DNA of 63,617 nucleotides, counting the filler, from Octopus bimaculoides (Eukaryota): NCBI RefSeq assembly GCF_001194135.2. It is 9 parts of 7 records of this genome, joined end to end, with 100 filler letters (N's around TTAATTAATTAA, not from the genome) between each part and the next. Parts side by side here need not be neighbours in the genome. Positions count along the whole stretch, not along the records: positions 24,653 to 28,958 come from NC_068982.1; positions 29,059 to 44,496 come from NC_068982.1; 7 more parts are not named here. One strand, written 5' to 3'. Of the stretch, positions 25,803-37,883 are shown piece after piece (the stretch's first letter is position 1; each line of letters opens with the position of its first letter). The position numbers and the translations under genes were made by a program. The notes under the pieces were generated by a model. The model was not told where the DNA came from and did not search any database. It was given only the letters and a program-made list of their open reading frames with translations.

Positions 25803-26059
25803 ACATACTTGTTTGGCCTATATAGTTGTGTCTGCAAACCGGACAGGTTATAACATAAATTAGATTTCTCGGATGCACAAGTGAAATTGGTCTTCATTGT
25901 GAATCTCTCTGTTTGTTTGAAGTGGAATTCCGAACCTTCCAGTGGGTTGAGGTATGTTCTACAATTTGGACGTCTGCGTTTTTTAACTATTGGTTTCGTT
26001 GTTGTTGTTGTTGTTGTTGTGCATTGTTGTTGTTGTTGTTAACAGTTGGTTTCATTGTT

Positions 26060-26430
26060 GTGCATTTGATGAATTTGTAGGTTTTAAGAATGTAGTTCAT
26101 CTTTGGATCCCTAATGAGCATAGGTAGATTTTGAACAATGGTGTTGTTTACCTCATTATTTCTGAGTTGTGAGTCGATATATAAGGGTAGTATTTTGAGA
26201 TGAAGTGTGGGGTTTCGTTTTGTTTCCGTTAGTGTTTTAATGCCTGTTTTCTTGACACGTTTAATTCCATAATCTATAAGTGAGGGTGGATAATGTCTTT
26301 CGGCTAATGTTGTTCTGAGGTCTTGGAGATGGAGATCCTGTATGCAAATCCTTTTCGCTAAATTAAAAGGAATATTTCTTTTGATGTGTTTCGGGTGGTA
26401 TGAACTAAATAGAAGAGTCCGTTGGTTTAT
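26060..26430 (-). mobile_element. Penelope-like element fragment (RT thumb/linker)
   Basis: FSSYHPKHIKRNIPFNLAKRIC..LQDLRTTLAERHYPPSLIDYGIKR..NLPMLIRDPKMNYIL, the typical Penelope post-RT region. Confidence 0.85.
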
Positions 26431-26481
26431 GATAAATATAAATGTCGGTTGCACTTTAATTGTTGACCTTTTTTTATCAGA

Positions 26482-26561
<80 letters not shown>
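26482..26561. repeat. (TG)n microsatellite
   Basis: Directly visible. Confidence 0.95.
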
Positions 26562-26562
<1 letters not shown>

Positions 26563-27284
26563 GGGAGAACGGGAGATAGAGTTGATGCGGAGAGAGAATG
26601 AGTTCCTGTGTGTTTGCGCATGCAGGTATGTTTGAGTGAAAGGAAATGAGTGAGTGAGTGAGTGAGTGAGTCAGTCAGTCAGTCAGTGTGCATATACACA
26701 CACATATACATGCGCATATTGTGTACACACTCAAATGTGCTTCACTGCATAAATCAATGGTTATATTGCCACTCCTGTGGCTGATGATGATGATGGTGAT
26801 GACGACGACGATGATGATGATAACGATGACGACGACTATGATGATGATGACGACGATGACGTCTATGCCTAATCTTCAAGTCGGCCATTGATTGAAAGCA
26901 TGGTTATGAAGGCAAGTAACTCTGAGTGGTTAAGCAGTTTGCTTTGCAAATCAAGTGATTTCAGTTTCGATCCGTTGCCTGGCACAACCTTATGTAGCTT
27001 CAGACTTACCAAAGCCTTATCATGGTAAATTTTGTAAACGGAAACTGCGTGGAAGTTCGTGTGGAAGATAATTCCTGTTCGCCTGTTGTAAACCTCATCT
27101 ACTGATCGGTTTCACACTTTTAAAGCTTTTAGTGGGGTCCACCCTGTTGCAAATATGCGGGTGGGTTAGGTATCTCAACCGAAGATAATTTCCTGTCTTT
27201 CTCCCAGGTGTCTGGGAAACCCTAAGAAACAGTCACGGGCGGTGCACCTTCTTCGACAAAGTCATTGAAAAAAAATATATAAAT

Positions 27285-28166
27285 TTTAAAAGTCGCTGGC
27301 GTAACAATATGGTTCGGAAACTCGCTTTGAAATCACATGGTTTCGAGTTCAATCCCACTGCGTGGCACCTTGGACAAGTATCTTTTACTATAATTGCAAG
27401 CCGACCAGTGCCTTGTGAGTGAATCTGGTGAATTTGGTAGACGGAAATTATGTGGGAGCCCATAATGTGTGTGTGTGTGTGTGTGTTTCTCCCCCAACAC
27501 ACACACTAATGATAACCAGTGTTGGTTTGTTTACATCCCCGTAACATAGCGGTTTAGCAAAAGATATCGATAGAATAAGTATCAGACTTTAAAAATTATT
27601 ACTGTGATCAATTTGTTTGCCTAAAACCCTCCAAAGCGGTACCATAGCATGGCCGCAGTCCAATGAATAAACAAGCAAATGATAAAAGATAAAGGGATTC
27701 CAGTAATGAGGTCCTCTTTTTTTTCTTCTTTTTTTTTTCAGGCGCAGGCGTGTATGGTAAGAAGCTTGCTTCCCTACTACATGGTTCCAGGTTCAGTTTC
27801 ACTGTGTGGCACCCTTGGCAAGTGTCTTCTACTATAGCCTCGGGCCGACCAAAGCTTTGTGAATGGATTTGGTAGGCGGAAACTGAAAGAAGCCCGTCGT
27901 ATATATGTATGTGTGTGTACGCGCATGCGCGCGCGTGTGTGTCTTTGTGTCTGTGTTTATTCCCCCACTACCACTCGACAACCGATGCTGGTGTGTTTAC
28001 GTCTCCGTAACATTAGCGTTTCGGCAAAGAGACCGATAGAATAAGTACCAGGCTTACAAAGAATAAGTCCTAGAGTCGATTTCTTCGGCTAAAAACCCTT
28101 TAAGACAGTGCTCCAGTGTGGCCGCAGTCAAATGAGTTGAAACAAGTAAACTAATAAAAGAATAGA
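27285..28166 (+). mobile_element. two tandem copies of tRNA-headed SINE family B
   Basis: Each has a head with GGTTC-AGT-CCACTGCGTGGCACCTTGGGCAAGTGTCTTCTACTATAGC, a central (TG)n and the tail CATGGCCGCAGTCAAATGA..AAACAAG (27285-27690, 27741-28166). Confidence 0.85.
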
Positions 28167-28394
28167 CTGTTGTTCGAGGAAAATTTGGCTGCTGTTTCTA
28201 ACACATAGACACTGTATCGTTGGCCTGACCTTCAGTGCAATTATTGAATGACACAACATTGACCGCTGAAATCCCAGTTAACTAGTAACTTCATGACTTG
28301 CTATCAGAATATTTAGATCTCGAAGCCCAAGATAAAGAATCTATCATTTTGAACGAGACACATAGTTTGTGATCTTAGGTTTTTTGACGAGCAA

Positions 28395-28668
28395 AAGAGA
28401 GAGAGAGAGGAAGAGAGAGAGAGGAAGAGAGAGAGAGAGGAAGAGAGAGAGAGAGGAAGAGAGAGAGAGGAAGAGAGAGAGAGGAAGANNNNNNNNNNNN
28501 NNNNNNNNNNNNNNNNNNNNNNNNNNNNNNNNNNNNNNNNNNNNNNNNNNNNNNNNNNNNNNNNNNNNNNNNNNNNNNNNNNAGAGAGGAAGAGAGAGAG
28601 AGAGGAAGAGAGAGAGAGAGGAAGAGAGAGAGAGAGGAAGAGAGAGAGAGAGGAAGAGAGAGAGAGAA
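28395..28668. repeat. purine-only GAGAGAGAGGAAGA-type minisatellite spanning a gap
   Basis: Directly visible. Confidence 0.9.
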
Positions 28669-29356
28669 AAAAAACGTTCATGTTTGTTTACGTTAACCAA
28701 ATCTGCATTCTTTTAACATTATCGATTTTCTTCTTTTTTGTTTTGTTTTGTTTTCTTTTCTTTTTTTGTTTCTTTTCTTTCTTGTCCCTCTTTTGTAAAC
28801 AGAAATCATTCAATCGTTACCGGCTTTAGCAAATATTCTACGATTAAAAATTGAACTCCCATGTCAATAATTTATTTTACTACTACTACGACGACGACTA
28901 CTACGACTACTACTACTACTATTGCTACTCCCCCACATCCACTACTACAATCACTAATNNNNNNNNNNNNNNNNNNNNNNNNNNNNNNNNNNNNNNNNNN
29001 NNTTAATTAATTAANNNNNNNNNNNNNNNNNNNNNNNNNNNNNNNNNNNNNNNNNNNNATATATATATATATATATATATATATACACGCATATATATAC
29101 GTATGTATGTATGTATGCATGTATACATACATCAATAACAACATTAGTATATCTATGGGACCATTTAATCATTTACACATATGTTTAGCCAACATCAATA
29201 CATACATAGTATTTATTTTATGCACGCACACACACATACACACACTAAGTAATAATTTTTACAGACCGTCTTCCATTAAAGCAGCAACAACAACAACAAC
29301 ATCAATAATAATAATAAATGCACTAGGTGACCCTTTATTTTGTTTTGTACTTTCAG

Positions 29357-29747
29357 AATGGTGTCTTGAACTTTTCCCCCAAACATGGAATTTCTCTGCG
29401 TAATGAAGTTTGCGTAATAATGTTTAAGAAGGAGAGTGAAAATATCTACGCCACATTAATGGAAACCCTCGTTAAACAGCTGGACAACATTCGTCTCGCA
29501 GTGCGGCCGTTTATGGCTGTCGAGGGACAGGACAGTCTTCGACATCTTCCTTATAGTAAAATATTCTTGGTGTTTGCCGAATGTTTGCCAAATAAGAGGC
29601 CGGCATCTCCAAGTTCCCCTTCTTCCACTTCTGTTGCTTTGACCCCGTCTCCCTCTTCCCCAACCTGTCCTACTTCATTACAAACTAAAACCAATGAACA
29701 GGTTGAATTACAGATAGCATCTCTTAAAGTAATCAAGGCCCTCGGAG
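29357..29747 (+). CDS. penultimate coding exon of an uncharacterised host protein (NGVLNFSPKHG..LKVIKALG)
   Basis: Acceptor ttttgtactttcag, 391 nt open and protein-like with a Ser/Pro-rich insert, donor AG/GTAAGA. Ends in phase 1, matching 36707. Confidence 0.8.
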
Positions 29748-30514
29748 GTAAGACAAAGTTCTTGGTTACCGCAGCTTCATCTCAGAAGTTCTTTTCTGCT
29801 GTTGCATGCTCACGCACACACGCATACACATATGATGTACGCCCATACATGTTCACGCACATGCACATATGTATACAAATACATACACAAACAATTATTG
29901 TTATTGTTGTTATTTAGCCCGAGGTCAGCCCTTATCAAGCAAGTCTACGATCAAAGGCAATCTAGTCGTGGCTATCGCATCTTTTTCTTTTCTTTTTAAA
30001 TAGCACTCAAGGCTTCTTATCCAGCGTGTCCTTCTCTAAGACAGTAGCAAGATATGATTTGAGAGTGACTCAGCTTATATTTTTAGCAGATCAAGCAAAG
30101 ACGTAGAGGCTCCCTCGTTGACTTGCTCACATAATTTAATGTTAAGTGCTCACATAATTTAATGGGACTCATAATTTAAGAGGGTACATAAGTTTAGGGC
30201 TCACCCGATTGATAGTCCTGAGTGCCTCTTGTATGTGTGCTTTAAAAATGTTTAATAATTATTATAAACATGTTACCATCAAGCTTAGGGTACCACCGAA
30301 GACTTCGTTTTAGAGTTGGCATTTAAATTATACTAGAATTTCATTGTTGCTGTTATTGCATACAACCAGTACTTACCATTATCGTCATAACAGAAACATC
30401 ACAAAAAATTATCACAAGCACATCACCATCAAGTCTCAGGCTCCACCGAAGACTTGGTCTTAGAGCAGGCATTTAAATTCTACTACAGGTTCGTTGTTCT
30501 TGTTTTTTTCCTAC

Positions 30515-30765
30515 CAGTAGCTAACGTTTCTTATTTCTTTACTGCCCACAAGCGGCTAAACATAGAGGGGACAAACAAGGACAGACAAAGGGATTAAGTC
30601 GATTACATTGATCCCAGTGCGTAATTGGTTCTTAATTTATCAACCCTGAAAGGATGAAAGGTAAAGTCGACCTCGGTGGAATTTGAACTCAGAACGTAGC
30701 GGCAGACGAAATACCGCTAAGTATTTCGACCGGCGTGCTAACCACTCTGCCAGCTCGCTGCCTTC
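30515..30765 (-). mobile_element. SINE family A copy
   Basis: Well-conserved core and head (CTCGCTGCC end). Confidence 0.85.
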
Positions 30766-31556
30766 TTCCATCCAAAATATTACAATTTTTTAACAAAGAC
30801 CACGGTTTGTTTTCTTTGAATTTCTGTTTTGTGGTTCTGGGAAGGTTATATTTACCTAATTTTCGTCAAGTTTCCGCTTCTCTTAAACACAAAATAAATA
30901 AAGTCAACGAATAATTAAACTAATTGCCCTGCTACAAGTAATATCAATAAATTGGTTAAGTCTAGGTAATTAGCTAAGNNNNNNNNNNNNNNNNNNNNNN
31001 NNNNNNNNNNNNNNNNNNNNNNNNNNNNNNNNNNNNNNNNNNNNNNNNNNNNNNNNNNNNNNNNNNNNNNNNNNNNNNNNNNNNNNNNNNNNNNNNNNNN
31101 NNNNNNNNNNNNNNNNNNNNNNNNNNNNNNNNNNNNNNNNNNNNNNNNNNNNNNNNNNNNNNNNNNNNNNNNNNNNNNNNNNNNNNNNNNNNNNNNNNNN
31201 NNNNNNNNNNNNNNNNNNNNNNNNNNNNNNNNNNNNNNNNNNNNNNNNNNNNNNNNNNNNNNNNNNNNNNNNNNNNNNNNNNNNNNNNNNNNNNNNNNNN
31301 NNNNNNNNNNNNNNNNNNNNNNNNNNNNNNNNNNNNNNTTTTTTTTTTTTTTTGGTCTTGCGTCTATAGCAGAAAGGGTTACTAATACGGATGAAATGGA
31401 GTCACAAAATTCGAGGGGAGGGGCTATAATTGATTACATTTACTTTAATACTTCGCTGGTTCTTAATTTTATACTCCGACCCTGAGAGGTTAAAAAGCAA
31501 AGTTGACTTTTGTAGTATTCGAAACCCGAGTGTAAAGAAATAAAACTAAATAGACG

Positions 31557-31885
31557 CAGGCATTGCTGTGTCGTAAAGATCGCTTCAGTCTCACTGCGCG
31601 GCACCTTGGGCAAATGTCTTCTATTAAATATATATGTATATATATGTGTGCGTGTGTGTGTATGTGTATGTGTGTGTGTGTGAGAGTGTGTGTGTGCGTG
31701 TGTGTGTGTACGTATGAATGTATGTATGTATGTATGTATGCGCGGGTGTGTGTTTGTCCTACAGACACACACACACACCACTGCTTGACACCCGGTGTTT
31801 TTTGTTTCCTTCCAGAAAACATAGCTGTTCGGCAAAGTGTACTGATAGAATAACACCAGTTCTATACTGGACTATTGTGTCTATT
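31557..31885 (+). mobile_element. degenerate SINE family B copy
   Basis: CACTGCGCGGCACCTTGGGCAAATGTCTTCTATTA..(TG)n..GTTCGGCAAA..GATAGAATAA. Confidence 0.7.
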
Positions 31886-32242
31886 CAATACAAGCAAACG
31901 TTCTTAAGCACGTTTATCATTTTATACTAACGTTAGCTCATCACAACTCTATCTGGTGTTGCTATATCTGTTGTTGTTGTTGCTTGCGCCAAATCTAGTC
32001 TCAAATTCATAGCTTTTACACTTCAACGAAGTATTATTTTTAATGTTGCCCCACTTAATATTTTCTGTTGTTAAAATGAATGTTGGCAAAATTTCGAGTT
32101 AACGAGGAAGCAAGAGGACATAATTTCAACGTCTGCTTCACTGAGACGTCTTGCAGACTTCTCCCTTGGGTGTAAACACCGAAGAAGAATCTAAGTACAG
32201 ACTGATGAGAAAGAAAATCTCTGTATAATGAAACTTTGGCAC

Positions 32243-32430
32243 AGAACCAGTATTTTTGGTGGAGGAGGTTAAGTCGATTACTTCGACTCCAGTACTCAAC
32301 TGGTATTCATTTCATCAATCTCAAACGGATGAATAGCAAAGTCGATTTTGGCGGCATTTGAACTCAGGAGGTAAAAGCGGACCAAGTACCTTTAAGCATT
32401 TTGCCGGGTGTGCTAATAATTCTGCCAGCC
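32243..32430 (-). mobile_element. SINE family A copy
   Basis: Core match. Confidence 0.75.
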
Positions 32431-33390
32431 CCCCCGACTTAAATATCTGTATAAAAAGGGTAACGACCCCCTTCGGTCATGAATGACCATAGGATTACAC
32501 CGAGAAAGTTACCCATCGAGGCACAAGTCTGGGTCAGGTTGTTTAATGGAAGAGCAGCAGTCACCCATACATACCAGCCTCTCCTCNNNNNNNNNNNNNN
32601 NNNNNNNNNNNNNNNNNNNNNNNNNNNNNNNNNNNNNNNNNNNNNNNNNNNNNNNNNNNNNNNNNNNNNNNNNNNNNNNNNNNNNNNNNNNNNNNNNNNN
32701 NNNNNNNNNNNNNNNNNNNNNNNNNNNNNNNNNNNNNNNNNNNNNNNNNNNNNNNNNNNNNNNNNNNNNNNNNNNNNNNNNNNNNNNNNNNNNNNNNNNN
32801 NNNNNNNNNNNNNNNNNNNNNNNNNNNNNNNNNNNNNNNNNNNNNNNNNNNNNNNNNNNNNNNNNNNNNNNNNNNNNNNNNNNNNNNNNNNNNNNNNNNN
32901 NNNNNNNNNNNNNNNNNNNNNNNNNNNNNNNNNNNNNNNNNNNNNNNNNNNNNNNNNNNNNNNNNNNNNNNNNNNNNNNNNNNNNNNNNNNNNNNNNNNN
33001 NNNNNNNNNNNNNNNNNNNNNNNNNNNNNNNNNNNNNNNNNNNNNNNNNNNNNNNNNNNNNNNNNNNNNNNNNNNNNNNNNNNNNNNNNNNNNNNNNNNN
33101 NNNNNNNNNNNNNNNNNNNNNNNNNNNNNNNNNNNNNNNNNNNNNNNNNNNNNNNNNNNNNNNNNNNNNNNNNNNNNNNNNNNNNNNNNNNNNNNNNNNN
33201 NNNNNNNNNNNNNNNNNNNNNNNNNNNNNNNNNNNNNNNNNNNNNNNNNNNNNNNNNNNNNNNNNNNNNNNNNNNNNNNNNNNNNNNNNNNNNNNNNNNN
33301 NNNNNNNNNNNNNNNNNGATCTTAATATGAGAAAATTTGAGGGGAAACGGAAACAAGTTAAAAGAAACGAACTTCAAAACCCCGAACAGT

Positions 33391-33609
33391 TATTCCTTTC
33401 TACTCTCGGCACAAGGCCCGAAATTTTGGGGAAGGGAGCCAGTCGATTAGATTGACCCCAGTACGCAACTGGTGCTTAATTTATCGACCTCGAAACCATG
33501 AAAGGCAAAGTCGACCTCTGCGGAATTTGAACTCAGAGCGTAAAGACAGACGAAATACCGCTCAGCATTTCGCCCGGCGTGCTAACGTTGCTGCCAGCTC
33601 GCCGCTTTA
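33391..33609 (-). mobile_element. SINE family A copy
   Basis: Core and head match. Confidence 0.85.
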
Positions 33610-33863
33610 AGCCCCAAACAACTGTTACCCCCATTCTCGTCAGTCTTTACTTTCTGATTTCAAATTCCACCGAGATCCACTTTGCCTGTCATAATTTCGA
33701 CGTCGATGATATGAGTACCAGTTATACACTGCGGTCGATTCATCCCATCCCAAAACTTGCTACCCTTGTGACAAAATTTGAAACTATTATTTGTAAAAGA
33801 TATCGTTATTGCCATACATAGTGGCGTTGATGTAGCAACATCTGAAATATTGTCCAGCTAAAT

Positions 33864-33932
33864 CCAGCAGATGAAGACTAATCAAATTTACGATGACAAA
33901 CGTATTTGAAGCGTCCGAAACCTAGGGACTGG
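33864..33932 (+). ncRNA. decayed type I hammerhead-like motif
   Basis: CCAG-CAGATGA-(hairpin)-GAAAC-CTAG-GGA-CTGG: stem I pairs and the stem III loop is palindromic, but core positions 4 and 16.1 deviate. Confidence 0.4.
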
Positions 33933-34111
33933 TTTACCCGATTCTGGGTTGTCCATTTTTTATAATGTTCTTCCTAGAGGTAAGACAGAATTTTTTATGT
34001 TTGCTGCCCTCACACGTCTTTGCCTGTTTACACACATTGAAGCTTTACTATAGCGTCGTAAATGTATCGACTGCGATTTCCAGTAAACATTAGTGCTTTG
34101 TCGTACCACTA

Positions 34112-34161
<50 letters not shown>

Positions 34162-35147
34162 NNNNNNNNNNNNNNNNNNNNNNNNNNNNNNNNNNNNNNN
34201 NNNNNNNNNNNNNNNNNNNNNNNNNNNNNNNNNNNNNNNNNNNNNNNNNNNNNNNNNNNNNNNNNNNNNNNNNNNNNNNNNNNNNNNNNNNNNNNNNNNN
34301 NNNNNNNNNNNNNNNNNNNNNNNNNNNNNNNNNNNNNNNNNNNNNNNNNNNNNNNNNNNNNNNNNNNNNNNNNNNNNNNNNNNNNNNNNNNNNNNNNNNN
34401 NNNNNNNNNNNNNNNNNNNNNNNNNNNNNNNNNNNNNNNNNNNNNNNNNNNNNNNNNNNNNNNNNNNNNNNNNNNNNNNNNNNNNNNNNNNNNNNNNNNN
34501 NNNNNNNNNNNNNNNNNNNNNNNNNNNNNNNNNNNNNNNNNNNNNNNNNNNNNNNNNNNNNNNNNNNNNNNNNNNNNNNNNNNNNNNNNNNNNNNNNNNN
34601 NNNNNNNNNNNNNNNNNNNNNNNNNNNNNNNNNNNNNNNNNNNNNNNNNNNNNNNNNNNNNNNNNNNNNNNNNNNNNNNNNNNNNNNNNNNNNNNNNNNN
34701 NNNNNNNNNNNNNNNNNNNNNNNNNNNNNNNNNNNNNNNNNNNNNNNNNNNNNNNNNNNNNNNNNNNNNNNNNNNNNNNNNNNNNNNNNNNNNNNNNNNN
34801 NNNNNNNNNNNNNNNNNNNNNNNNNNNNNNNNNNNNNNNNNNNNNNNNNNNNNNNNNNNNNNNNNNNNNNNNNNNNNNNNNNNNNNNNNNNNNNNNNNNN
34901 NNNNNNNNNNNNNNNNNNNNNNNNNNNNNNNNNNNNNNNNNNNNNNNNNNNNNNNNNNNNNNNNNNNNNNNNNNNNNNNNNNNNNNNNNNNNNNNNNNNN
35001 NNNNNNNNNNNNNNNNNNNNNNNNNNNNNNNNNNNNNNNNNNNNNNNNNNNNNNNNNNNNNNNNNNNNNNNNNNNNNNNNNNNNNNNNNNNNNNNNNNNN
35101 NNNNNNNNNNNNNNNNNNNNNNNNNNNNNNNNNNNNNNNNNNNNNNN

Positions 35148-35224
<77 letters not shown>

Positions 35225-35250
35225 GACTATTCAGGCCCGCCCCGGCCAGC

Positions 35251-35296
35251 AAGTCTGATGAGTCGCCTGTATTGGACGTGTAACCAATGCTCACTT
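35251..35296 (+). ncRNA. decayed hammerhead-like motif
   Basis: AAGT-CTGATGA-GTC..GAC-GTGTAAC-CAAT-GCTC-ACTT: stems I and II pair, the GAAA box is disrupted. Confidence 0.25.
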
Positions 35297-35482
35297 TCTT
35301 AATGGGCATAATCAACGGCTACTTTAAATATATATGTGTGTGAGTGTGTGTATATGAATGTATGTATGCATGTATATATATGTGTGTATGTATGTATGCG
35401 TGTGTGTGTGTTTATACGTATGCATGTGTATGTGTGTGTGTGTGTGTGTATACATATATACAAATATATACGTGTTTGTAAA

Positions 35483-35690
35483 GCAAGCTGGCCGAATCGT
35501 TAGCACGTCAGGCAAAGGGCTTTGCTGCATTTTTCCCATCTCTTTACGTTTTCAGTTCATATTCCGCCGGCGTCAACTTTGTTTTTCATCCCTCAAGATC
35601 GATAAAATAAATACCAGTCATGTACCAGGGTCGATGTAATTGACTAAGCCTCTCACCTCTAAATTGCTAGCCTTGAACCCCCTGCAAAGG
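35483..35690 (+). mobile_element. SINE family A copy
   Basis: Head AAGCTGGCCGAATCGTTAGCACG and core match. Confidence 0.8.
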
Positions 35691-35751
35691 ACCGGCATCC
35701 CGTTCGGGAGGAATGTTGTCATCTCGGTCATTTGTTTGCGATAGAAACCGA

Positions 35752-35985
35752 GTAACTCTTTTACTCTTTTACTTGTTTCAGTCATTTGACTGCGGCCATG
35801 CTGGAGCACCGCCTTTAGTCGGGCAAATCGACCCCAGGATTTATTCTTTGTAAGCCTAGTATTTATTCTATCGGTTTCTTTTGCCGAACTGCTATGTTAC
35901 GGGGACGTAAACACAACAGTATCGGTTGTCAAGCGATGTTGGGGGGATAAACACACACACACACACACACATACATACATATANN
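35752..35985 (-). mobile_element. SINE family B 3' half
   Basis: Reverse complement of the family B tail; runs into a gap. Confidence 0.85.
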
Positions 35986-36363
35986 NNNNNNNNNNNNNNN
36001 NNNNNNNNNNNNNNNNNNNNNNNNNNNNNNNNNNNNNNNNNNNNNNNNNNNNNNNNNNNNNNNNNNNNNNNNNNNNNNNNNNNNNNNNNNNNNNNNNNNN
36101 NNNNNNNNNNNNNNNNNNNNNNNNNNNNNNNNNNNNNNNNNNNNNNNNNNNNNNNNNNNNNNNNNNNNNNNNNNNNNNNNNNNNNNNNNNNNNNNNNNNN
36201 NNNNNNNNNNNNNNNNNNNNNNNNNNNNNNNNNNNNNNNNNNNNNNNNNNNNNNNNNNNNNNNNNNNNNNNNNNNNNNNNNNNNNNNNNNNNNNNNNNNN
36301 NNNNNNNNNNNNNNNNNNNNNNNNNNNNNNNNNNNNNNNNNNNNNNNNNNNNNNNNNNNNNNN

Positions 36364-36435
<72 letters not shown>

Positions 36436-36706
36436 GAGTTATTGCTCATTTTAAGTTTGAAGATAAAATAATAAATTCCCTCGTTTCTTCTATTCATAAA
36501 CACTAATGTCTCGTTCTATATGTGTGCGTGTATATGTGTCTGTCTTTGTGTGTGTGCGCGTGCATGTCTGGCTGTATGTGTGTGTGTGTGTTTATTTTTC
36601 TTGTGTTCTACCCAAAACTTCAAGGGTTTAATCTCGGGAGTGTGTTTATACTATCCGCATTTATTATTCCTTCTCTCATTTTCTTTCTTTCTTTCTTCTT
36701 TTGCAG

Positions 36707-36933
36707 CAAACGCCATAGTGATTATCACGAATGACGAAGGCTCGAAAAGACTTTCTGGTCACGTGTTGTACAACGCCCAACTTCGAATTGTTCAATCCCA
36801 GGATATGTTGCAGGAACTCGCCTCTAAAGGAAAATTATTCAGTATTTGGAAAGAATTAACGTCACATCAAATTAGCCACATGCGCAAAATACTATTGTCG
36901 ACGTTGAACCCAAAATATGGCGGCTGTAAATGA
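36707..36933 (+). CDS. terminal coding exon of the uncharacterised host protein (A-NAIVIITNDEGSKRLSGHVLYN..KYGGCK-stop)
   Basis: Acceptor ttctttctttctttcttcttttgcag, phase 1 matching the 29747 donor, TGA at 36931-36933, AATAAA 31 nt downstream. Confidence 0.8.
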
Positions 36934-36963
36934 AGACTAACATTTAATAATAACAATTTTTAA

Positions 36964-36969
36964 AAATAA
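36964..36969 (+). promoter_or_regulatory. candidate polyadenylation signal
   Basis: AATAAA followed by an A-rich stretch just after the stop codon; AATAAA is common in AT-rich DNA. Confidence 0.35.
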
Positions 36970-37223
36970 AACCAACAAAACAAAAAAAAAATCTTTCCTT
37001 CTTACATATGAATCACTTCCTGTATATTGACCTCTTTCCTTCACACACATGGTTCACTTCCGGTATATTGACTGACCTCTGTAACTCGCATATCATGCCT
37101 GCTCTTCAGGGCGTCTCTCTTTTAAAGTATAGCGTGACTAAACGAAAGAAAAAATATAATACAAACAACAACAATAAAACAACTACTGCTACTACAACCA
37201 CAACAAGACCTACTAGTACTACT

Positions 37224-37254
<31 letters not shown>

Positions 37255-37429
37255 TAAAAATAGAAAGTGATGATGACAAAGAAGAATATTGATATTACTA
37301 ATTATACTAACTATAATTAACATTTCTACTATGAATAGGTACTGTTAATGCTAATACTAATGCTCTCACTATTAATACTACTACTAATAATAACAATAAT
37401 AATTTTATTAATATTATTAAAGCTAATCA

Positions 37430-37435
37430 TATTAG

Positions 37436-37492
<57 letters not shown>

Positions 37493-37558
37493 AGCTATTA
37501 CTGCTACAACTACTATTTCCTCAACAACAACAACAACTACTACTTCTACTTCTACTAC

Positions 37559-37648
<90 letters not shown>

Positions 37649-37796
37649 GTGTTGAAGTAGANNNNNNNNNNNNNNNNNNNNNNNNNNNNNNNNNNNNNNN
37701 NNNNNNNNNNNNNNNTACTACTACTACTACAGCTATTACTGCTACAACTACTATTTCCTCAACAACAACAACAACTACTACTTCTACTTCTACTAC

Positions 37797-37882
<86 letters not shown>
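37430..37882. repeat. compound (CTA)n/(CAA)n/(TTA)n block, duplicated across a gap
   Basis: Directly visible. Confidence 0.9.

Positions 37883-37883
<1 letters not shown>

Noticed and set aside
26782-26860. (GAT/GAC)n tract reading as poly-Met/Thr or poly-Asp
   Set aside because: Simple triplet repeat without splice context.
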